A model generated the notes under the pieces. That model was not told the DNA's origin. It worked only from the letters and a program-made list of their open reading frames with translations, and made no database searches. From positions 1-46,524 of the forward strand of contig JAYYDI010000155.1 in assembly GCA_036161055.1 (NCBI GenBank): 46,524 bases of DNA, in the 5' to 3' direction. Below are positions 37,987-46,524 of the stretch, piece by piece. The stretch comes from Pseudomonadota bacterium. GTDB lineage: Bacteria; Pseudomonadota; Gammaproteobacteria; Pseudomonadales; Azotimanducaceae. The position numbers and the translations under genes are program-made. The stretch's first letter is position 1; each line of letters opens with the position of its first letter.

Positions 37987-39495
37987 TCAACCAACCACTT
38001 TAGTAGACATGAAGTCTCTCGCTAATTCGAAGATCTCGGCTTTTCTCTTTGGGTCTAGTTTATTGAGCGCGCGAGTCATGATCGACAGCCTTGGGTTTCC
38101 CTTGAAAAAATTTAAGTTGTCTTGGATAAAGAGCCAATAAAGCCCGTCGATCAGGTCGCACCAAGGAGCGCGCTTATAATTGCTCATCTTCAATATATAG
38201 TTTGAGCCGCAGATGTATGGTTTAGTGGAAAAAAAACCACCATCTGCAAATGTTCCCATCCCGTAAACATTAGGCACCATTACCCAATCTGCGGAATCGA
38301 CAAACATCTCCATGAACCAGTTAAAAACTTGATCTGGATGCACGCGGGAGAGTGTCATCAAATTAGCGACGATCATCAGCCGAGGGATGTGATGGGTGTA
38401 CCCGTACTCATTACAATCTTTGATTACATCATCGAGAGGCGCGATCCCGGTTGTGCCGTTATACCAATGGAAAGTCAATTTCCCTTTGTGTTCCCAAAAA
38501 TTTGATTTAACCTGGCGCTCTCTGTTTGTGTCATATACCCCATGAATGAACTCTCTCCATCCAATTATTTGTCTTATAAATCCCTCGAGCGAATTTATGG
38601 GCACATTGTGTCTTTCCGAAAAATCAATCGCTTTTCCGATCACCTCTCTCGGAGTCAGAAGCCCCATATTCATTGAGGTGCTAAGGGCACTGTGGAACAA
38701 AAAGTTGTTTTCAGAATGAATCGCATCCTCGTAGGTTCCAAAGTTTCCGAACTTGGAGTGGAGGAAATCGTCTAGTTGACCGAAAGCATCCTCGCGAGTG
38801 ACTGGCATCCAAAGATGAGACATGACTCCTGGGTGATCTGGGAAATATTCTTCGATTTTTTTTACTAGCGCTGTATCAATTTCGCGGGTAGGCCCTGGTT
38901 TGTCTGGTAAACTTATGTCCCGAGGTAGCTTTTTACGATTTTCCTCGTCAAATGACCACTTACCACCAATTGGCTTTCCTGCATCGTCAATCAACACTCT
39001 CAAATCCTTCCTCATCGCTTGATAAAAGCTTGCCATGCGCAAATTCTTCTTACCGTTAGAGAATTGGGAAAACTGATTTGCGTTGCAAAGAAACTTCTGG
39101 CTTGGATGTTTGTGCCACTCCAGCTTAGATTCAGATAAAAATTTTTCGATCCTTCGGGAAAAAAAATGGTCTTCTATCTCAAAATGATGAATTTCTGAAA
39201 TCTCATTGGATACTATTACTCTTTCGAGTTTCTCTTCGAACGAGTCAGAAAAGTCAGCTTCGGCGATAGAGTGGTAGAAAACCTCAAACCCTTGCTCTAG
39301 CATCTCATCGCGATAGGCTCTCATTGCAGTAAAAAACATTAAGATCTTTAGTTTGTGATGCTTGGTTTGTCTACAGAGGCCGAGATCTTCCGCCATGAAA
39401 ATACGACGACATCCAGTATCATCGATATATTTACTTGGAAAAAGCTGATCACCGAGTACGATGAGGAGGCCCTCATTTGTGTGAATTTTTTCCAA
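37987..39495 (-). CDS. Cryptochrome/photolyase family protein, COG3046 (bacterial (6-4) photolyase / FeS-BCP-related)
   Basis: The N-terminus is LLIVLGDQLF. SLEGFIRQIIGWREF, YTHHIPRLM and WFMEMFVDSADWV.VPNV are typical of the COG3046 photolyase-related class. The length is ~500 aa. Confidence 0.8.
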   Translation of the reverse strand: MEKIHTNEGLLIVLGDQLFPSKYIDDTGCRRIFMAEDLGLCRQTKHHKLKILMFFTAMRAYRDEMLEQGFEVFYHSIAEADFSDSFEEKLERVIVSNEISEIHHFEIEDHFFSRRIEKFLSESKLEWHKHPSQKFLCNANQFSQFSNGKKNLRMASFYQAMRKDLRVLIDDAGKPIGGKWSFDEENRKKLPRDISLPDKPGPTREIDTALVKKIEEYFPDHPGVMSHLWMPVTREDAFGQLDDFLHSKFGNFGTYEDAIHSENNFLFHSALSTSMNMGLLTPREVIGKAIDFSERHNVPINSLEGFIRQIIGWREFIHGVYDTNRERQVKSNFWEHKGKLTFHWYNGTTGIAPLDDVIKDCNEYGYTHHIPRLMIVANLMTLSRVHPDQVFNWFMEMFVDSADWVMVPNVYGMGTFADGGFFSTKPYICGSNYILKMSNYKRAPWCDLIDGLYWLFIQDNLNFFKGNPRLSIMTRALNKLDPKRKAEIFELARDFMSTKVVG

Positions 39496-39766
39496 AAATG
39501 CTCCTTAAGTTCATGATGCTGCCAGGTAGCCGAACCCCCAATCTTATACGCTGTTTGTGTGCGATTGAGATTATCCAAGACTTATCTCTTTTTAGTTGCC
39601 TCCAACTTGCAGACACAGGACACCAGCGTTTTGAAAAAAACAAGGCATTTTGGATAGGGCTCAGAACAGTAAATTTTCCGTCCTGATTTTAATTGCGAGG
39701 CATAGAAAATAGATATCCTTTTGATACTCAGATATCCTTATATTTTTAAAAAATTAGGGAAGTATT

Positions 39767-40618
39767 GTGGAAGATTTAAAAGGTAAAATCGCTGTTGTAA
39801 CCGGGGCGAGTAGGGGCATCGGCAAAGGGATCGCGCTTGCCCTGGGCGAAAAGGGTTGCACAGTTTATGTTACTGGAAGGACAACCGGTGATGGCGATAG
39901 AACTATTGACACGACGGCTCGTCAGGTAAATGAAGCGGGTGGCGAGGGAAGGCCCATCCAATGTGACCATGGAGATGATGCGGATATAGAGCGTTTGTTC
40001 TCGCAAATAGGTCAGGAATCAGATTGCATCGATATATTAGTGAATAACGTATACAAAATCCCAAACCCTCCTGCCTGGGGTGGAGGATATTGGGATCATC
40101 CAATTCAAGTTTGGGATGACCAAGTAGGGATTGGTTTGAGGGCCCATTATGTAGCGAGTTGGCATGCAGCAGCACTGATGTTCAAAAGTAGTTCAGCTAG
40201 AATGTTAAATGTTTCCTCTCCGGGCGGACAAAGTTATCATTTTTCCTGCTCATATGGTGCGGGAAAAACTGGCCTAGATAGGCTTACCGCAGACATGGCA
40301 ATAGAGCTTCAGCCGAAAGGAATTCCGGCCTGTGTGCTTTACCCAGGGGCAGTTTCAACTGAATTTATTGTCGATGCTTCCAAAGAAAGAGAAATGGACT
40401 TGTCGCAATCTCAGACTCCCTTACTGGTTGGGCGATCAGCCGCTGCGCTTCTAATGGAAGATGACCTAATGGCGAGAACGGGGAGCATACAGTGGGTGGA
40501 AGATTTGATCGAAGAATTTGATCTGTACGACGAAAATGGTTCGCGGCCAACAGAAAAGTATGCGGGACGAATTGCTCAGGGTGAAAATCATCGTTGGGCC
40601 CCAGACCTTCAACAATAA
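39767..40618 (+). CDS. SDR family oxidoreductase (DHRS1-like)
   Basis: Motifs present are VVTGASRGIGKGIALAL, NNV and the catalytic YGAGKTG. The start codon is GTG. Confidence 0.85.
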   Translation: MEDLKGKIAVVTGASRGIGKGIALALGEKGCTVYVTGRTTGDGDRTIDTTARQVNEAGGEGRPIQCDHGDDADIERLFSQIGQESDCIDILVNNVYKIPNPPAWGGGYWDHPIQVWDDQVGIGLRAHYVASWHAAALMFKSSSARMLNVSSPGGQSYHFSCSYGAGKTGLDRLTADMAIELQPKGIPACVLYPGAVSTEFIVDASKEREMDLSQSQTPLLVGRSAAALLMEDDLMARTGSIQWVEDLIEEFDLYDENGSRPTEKYAGRIAQGENHRWAPDLQQ

Positions 40619-40648
40619 AACAAGAGCCAAGTTACCGGTCTTAGTTTT

Positions 40649-41707
40649 ATGAACTTCGGGATTGCTTTAGCCTCGGCAGTCGACTCGTGGAAACATGTGA
40701 AGCGCGCCGAGGAACTGGGTTTCAGCTCGAGTTGGTTCTACGACACACAACTTTTGAACCCCGATATTTTTATCTGCATGGCTCTTGCTGCAGAAAAGAC
40801 ATCTCGGATCCGACTAGGAACCGGCGTCTTAATACCAAGCAATCGCATAGAGCCGGTAACAGCAAATGCGCTAGCGACCCTAAATCGGATAGCCCCTGGA
40901 AGAGTAGATTTTGGGGTCGGCACGGGTTTCACGGCGCGCAGAACCATGGGACTAAAAGCTATCCCGCTCCGCGTAATGAAACGATATATCGAGCGTGTCC
41001 AAGAGCTTCTTCGCGGAAATTTGATTGAGTGGGATTTCGAATCTGAAAATCGAAAGATCAGTTTTTTAAATCCTGAATACGGTCTTATAAATCTTGAGGA
41101 TCCAATAGATTTGCACATCTCAGCCATGGGTCCAAAATCAAGAAGGTTAGTCGCTGAGGTGGGAGCGGGCTGGCTTAATTTTGGATCAGACCTTGAAAGT
41201 CTGATCAGAGACGCACAGGACCTAAAGGCTCATTGGCAATCCCTACAAGGTGTTCAAGTTGAAATGAGAAACACTTTGTTTTTCTTGGGAGCCGTTCTGG
41301 GAAAAGACCTCGGGAAAAACACAGAAAAACTCATGCTGCAGGCAGCGCCTTGGACAGCAGTGATGCTTCATAATCTAGCTGAAAGTGACCCGCGAATTTA
41401 TTCCAAACTGCCGCCTAAGCACCGCTCGGTGCTTGAGGCATATTTAAATCTGCACAAAGATTACAAGCCGCCGGACGCTAAATATATCGAGAATCACAAG
41501 GGTCATTTGATGTATCTTCGGGAGGAAGAAAAGCAAATTATTGATCCTGACTTTGTTCGTGCAACAACAATGAGCGGCACTAAGCAGGAGCTTATAGATA
41601 AATTCAAGTTATTAGCAGAGTCTGGATATGATGAGTTTGTAATCCAGTTAATTCCAGGAGAAGAGGCCGCGATCGAGGAGTGGGCAGAGGTCTTTTCCGC
41701 TCTGTAA
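40649..41707 (+). CDS. LLM-class (luciferase-like) flavin-dependent oxidoreductase
   Basis: The N-terminus MNFGIALASAVDSWKHVKRAEELGFSSSWFYDTQLL, then RLGTGVLIP and GRVDFGVGTG, are typical of the LLM family. Confidence 0.8.
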   Translation: MNFGIALASAVDSWKHVKRAEELGFSSSWFYDTQLLNPDIFICMALAAEKTSRIRLGTGVLIPSNRIEPVTANALATLNRIAPGRVDFGVGTGFTARRTMGLKAIPLRVMKRYIERVQELLRGNLIEWDFESENRKISFLNPEYGLINLEDPIDLHISAMGPKSRRLVAEVGAGWLNFGSDLESLIRDAQDLKAHWQSLQGVQVEMRNTLFFLGAVLGKDLGKNTEKLMLQAAPWTAVMLHNLAESDPRIYSKLPPKHRSVLEAYLNLHKDYKPPDAKYIENHKGHLMYLREEEKQIIDPDFVRATTMSGTKQELIDKFKLLAESGYDEFVIQLIPGEEAAIEEWAEVFSAL

Positions 41708-41732
41708 ATAATATTAAAATGAGAATAGTTGT

Positions 41733-43519
<1,787 letters not shown>

Positions 43520-43610
43520 ACTGATCTCCCTGGACAAAAAGGGATTACTATTTGTCCACAAAAGCGATATCTTCGGCTTTTGAAACTAATGATTCAAGTA
43601 AGAGGAGCGT

Positions 43611-44423
43611 ATGAGCCAAAAAAAATCTATTTGCATCACGGGCGGAGCGAGCGGTATGGGACTTGAAACGGGACTTTTCTTTTCTCGAAAGGGTTGGCTT
43701 GTTGGTCTACTCGACAAAGATCTGGCTCTTCTAAATGAGGCTGCAATTTTGTTTGATCCGGAAACAGTCATGGTTGCGGAAGTGGATGTAACATCTCCAG
43801 AAAATTTGGACCATGCGATAAATAACTTCTCTATTTTTAGCGGGGGACGACTGGACATAATGTTTAACAATGCAGGTATAGCTCCGGGTGGCTGGTTCGA
43901 CGAGATGGATTTGCTTCAAATGAAACAAATCATTGACGTGAATGTTATCGGGGTTTTCAACAGTATCCTTGCGGCGTTGCCTCTACTGAAAGTCACTGAC
44001 AATTCTCTATGTCTAAGCACATCATCATCCTGTGCTACTTTTGGCCACGCACGAAGGGCTGCATACACCGCCTCCAAGTTTGCTGTGAAAGGCTTGACTG
44101 AGTCCTTATCTTTGGAATTCGAAAGGTTTGGTGTGCGAACCGCGGATATTTTGCCTGGATGCATCGACACGCCGATGTTGCGTCGTGAGACAGCTCAGGG
44201 AGCGGGTAAGCCCTTTGAGGAAGCGATGCTTGAAAATCTTCCAAAAGAAGGTGCCTATCGGTTGATGCCTCCGTCTGCAATCGCTGAGGCAGCATGGTCC
44301 GCGTATCAAGACAGCGACCCCATTCATTTTTATGTCCCTCCCGAGGTTGCCCACGCAGACAAACTCAAGGGTTCTGACATAAGCGCTGCGCGAGAGGAAA
44401 TTAAGTCTTTTCTGTTCAGATAG
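43611..44423 (+). CDS. SDR family oxidoreductase
   Basis: Motifs present are ICITGGASGMGLE, NNAGI, the catalytic YTASKFAVKG and PGCIDTPM. Confidence 0.85.
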   Translation: MSQKKSICITGGASGMGLETGLFFSRKGWLVGLLDKDLALLNEAAILFDPETVMVAEVDVTSPENLDHAINNFSIFSGGRLDIMFNNAGIAPGGWFDEMDLLQMKQIIDVNVIGVFNSILAALPLLKVTDNSLCLSTSSSCATFGHARRAAYTASKFAVKGLTESLSLEFERFGVRTADILPGCIDTPMLRRETAQGAGKPFEEAMLENLPKEGAYRLMPPSAIAEAAWSAYQDSDPIHFYVPPEVAHADKLKGSDISAAREEIKSFLFR

Positions 44424-44472
44424 AAATCCGCCGAAGCACAAAGCTTGCAAAAGAGATCATTTTTATCGAGGC

Positions 44473-45924
44473 TTATTTCGTATTGTCGACCGAAGATTCG
44501 AAGCATGAAAAATTAAAAAATGTTTCGCTATTCTCGAAGTTTAGATTCAATAATCTCAAATTAGCGTCCTGGTTTGCAGTCACCTCCAAGCTAGCTTCAT
44601 CGAACCAGCTGACTTCAAACATTTTCTCAAGCTGACGATTGCTTATCCAAACTTGCTCTTTGGGCCGCAGCTCCTCGCGCAAAAGTTTTTCCCTTTTCCC
44701 CAGCACTGAGCCGTTTTTATCATAAAGTGTTCCAACAACATTGTTTATAACAGTGTTGCCTTTATTTATGAGTCTTACGTATGTAAGGGTGCTCGAATTA
44801 AAGCCTTCTATGTTGTGAATGATCTTTGTTTTAACACAATTTGTGTTGCTGATTAGTCCACTCGGACTTTTAAGCCTCGTGAGAAGTTCAAACTGATTCT
44901 CTGCCGTTATTTCAAGCATAGCAGGCCCAGCCCACGGTAACGCGTTGTATATTTCCTCGAGCAAAGGAGCCGTTAAAATCGCCCGTCCCTTTGGTGGAAC
45001 TGTTTCAGTCGAAAGCTTGACGTTTAATTCGCCAAGTCGCGTTCCATCGCTGTTATACAAGGACCCAAAAAAATCTGTTGGTTCGTTACCGCTGTTGATG
45101 ATGTGGGCCTCGGTTACATTGATGCTATCCGAATTGGTAAAAAGGTACATTCTTCCCTCTTCTTGATTTTCAAAGCAGGAAAAATTGAAAAAAGTCGATC
45201 CATTGACTAAGTTCAAATTTAGAAGTTTTAGGTTAGGTGATTGATGGGCTACCGAAAGGCTGGCAAGGGAACCCCAAGTACTTCCAACTATGGCCCGAAG
45301 CTTGGTTGATGACAACCAGATAGCCTGCTTAGGTTTTAATTTTTCAACCAACCTCGCATTTCCTTCGCCAATCACCGAACCGTCGCTGTCGTGCATAGTC
45401 CCGCGAATTTCAACTATCTCGTCGTTTCCGGTGTTGATGAAGCGTATGTACGTCAGTGTATTGGAGTTAAACGGCTCAATATTATACACAACGTCACTTC
45501 TCACGCAGTTCGTATTAGATACAAGACCGCTGGGACTAGTCAGTTTTGTCATTAGATCGAAGGTTCCCAGAGCACTGATCTCTAAGAGCGCGGGACCGAT
45601 CCAAGGTGGTACAGAGAAAATATCTTCCAAGTCGTCAGCAGAGATTATCAGCCTGCCTTTGCTGGGTGTTGGGATTGATTCAATTATAACGTCTGCAGCG
45701 CCTAACTGGTTGCCCTCTTGATTATAGAGGTTGCCCGTATAGGTCTGAGAGTCGTTTGAAGTGTTAATAATGTGGATGGAGGTATCGTTAACACTTTGGG
45801 TTGTAGTCACTAGGAACGCCCTTCCTAAGTTAGAGGGCTCATGTGAAAATACGGAATAGCTCGCCGCAACCATAATAAATAGCGCGCAACTTAAACTTGA
45901 TACGGATAGTTTATTCCGACTCAT
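44473..45924 (-). CDS. Secreted repeat protein of unknown function (four ~110-aa modules)
   Basis: The signal peptide is MSRNKLSVSSLSCALFIMVAASYSVFS. The two halves (aa ~35-251 and ~258-475) are clearly homologous. I recognise no known family. Confidence 0.6.
   Translation of the reverse strand: MSRNKLSVSSLSCALFIMVAASYSVFSHEPSNLGRAFLVTTTQSVNDTSIHIINTSNDSQTYTGNLYNQEGNQLGAADVIIESIPTPSKGRLIISADDLEDIFSVPPWIGPALLEISALGTFDLMTKLTSPSGLVSNTNCVRSDVVYNIEPFNSNTLTYIRFINTGNDEIVEIRGTMHDSDGSVIGEGNARLVEKLKPKQAIWLSSTKLRAIVGSTWGSLASLSVAHQSPNLKLLNLNLVNGSTFFNFSCFENQEEGRMYLFTNSDSINVTEAHIINSGNEPTDFFGSLYNSDGTRLGELNVKLSTETVPPKGRAILTAPLLEEIYNALPWAGPAMLEITAENQFELLTRLKSPSGLISNTNCVKTKIIHNIEGFNSSTLTYVRLINKGNTVINNVVGTLYDKNGSVLGKREKLLREELRPKEQVWISNRQLEKMFEVSWFDEASLEVTANQDANLRLLNLNFENSETFFNFSCFESSVDNTK
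44500..45822 (-). repeat. Intragenic tandem duplication, period about 669 nt (223 codons), each unit itself a diverged A-B domain pair
   Basis: Aligned blocks between the two halves: HIINTSN/HIINSGN; PSKGRLIISADDLEDIF/PPKGRAILTAPLLEEIY; PWIGPALLEISA/PWAGPAMLEITA; SPSGLVSNTNCV/SPSGLISNTNCV; NSNTLTYIRFINTGN/NSSTLTYVRLINKGN; NLKLLNLNLVNGSTFFNFSCFE/NLRLLNLNFENSETFFNFSCFE. Confidence 0.75.
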
Positions 45925-46524
45925 TTGAGCAATTAAACACCTTTTCCTTCGGATCTCGTCCCGAGAGATGCATAGCTAGTAAAATTTCGTGGGCTTCCTG
46001 TTCTCGAGATGTCTTCTCTGCGGTCGGTTGAAGACTATTCAGCACTCCCTTTACTCTCTTTTGAATCTCGCGCAACGCAGAGTATAAATACAAAAGCCCA
46101 TTTTTTTCTACTAGCCGGTCTTGTGATAGATGACGGCAGAAAAAAGGAAGGAATCTATTGATTAAATTAGTAATGTCAGTGAAAAGAACGCCAGGACTAA
46201 GAGGTGCCTAATCTCGTGAATATTATTTAATATCCAAGCATTCACCTTCCGAGGGGAATAAGGTGTGTTCCCAGAAACCAAGTGTCTCGAAAAAGAATTT
46301 ATATGGCGCTCGGAAATTCTATGACCTAGCCTTGGGTTGCAAAAAGGATTAGATGGGAAGATAAAATACGCACGCTAGTGTATATAAACGAAGCAATCTA
46401 CCTTAAAGATTGAGACTAACCCAAAGATATAAGTAATGTGCAGATTGGATTCCCGAGATCGGTTAAGCTGCTTAGCATGCCATTTCAGAAATATTAGGTT
46501 TTGAGGAAAATTTATCTTTGTCTC

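Noticed and set aside
39711-39739. Direct repeat AGATATCCTT x2 (39711-39720 and 39730-39739), 19 bp apart and upstream of the SDR gene at 39767
   Set aside because: A nearby 10-mer repeat is expected roughly once by chance in a window of this size, and more often in AT-rich spacers. No regulator gene is adjacent. It is a possible operator, but it is unsupported.
45911-46093. 60-aa TTG-initiated ORF as an independent gene
   Set aside because: It has no ATG and no RBS. Its frame is open upstream without a start, and it overlaps the repeat-protein start. It is treated as part of a possible decayed gene rather than as a CDS.

Overview
This is a 46.5 kb, chromosomal-looking segment. By my own tally of intergenic gaps it is about 94% coding, with about 42 protein genes. 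It most likely comes from a marine-type Gammaproteobacterium; that is an inference from the gene set (yaaA, bolA, tesA-ybbA-ybbP, ttcA-yheU) and a composition that looks AT-leaning by eye. Housekeeping genes (pyrD, ilvD, ttcA, metY, bolA, yaaA) are interleaved with many redox and catabolic enzymes: a PQQ quinohemoprotein alcohol dehydrogenase next to a CYP153-type P450, a hydantoinase/oxoprolinase A+B pair, four SDRs, a thiolase, a crotonase, an LLM flavin oxidoreductase, a GH3 glycosidase, an epoxide-hydrolase-type alpha/beta hydrolase and a D-aminoacylase-type amidohydrolase. There are also a FecR-like/CHASE2 adenylate-guanylate cyclase pair and a COG3046-type photolyase/cryptochrome homologue. 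I found no rRNA, tRNA, CRISPR array, transposase, integrase, prophage or recognisable anti-phage defence genes, and I do not see a clear-cut novel system. The candidates most worth follow-up are:
1. A tightly packed ten-gene minus-strand cluster (24282-32749). It combines a non-canonical PTPS/QueD-like protein, an SDR, a YhhQ-type transporter, a crotonase, an ATPase-less ABC-2 permease, two small translationally coupled unknown ORFs, an amidohydrolase, an epoxide hydrolase and a flavoprotein, and it ends at the strongest terminator in the window.
2. A single in-frame TGA that is the only lesion in that flavoprotein gene.
3. A secreted 483-aa protein built from four copies of an unrecognised ~110-aa module, followed by a 600-bp ORF-poor stretch that reads like a decayed histidine-kinase remnant.
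4. A CYP153 + PQQ-ADH pair without P450 redox partners.
5. A photolyase homologue that seems to lack the C-x2-C Fe-S ligands.
All functional calls come from motif recognition by eye; no database search was run.
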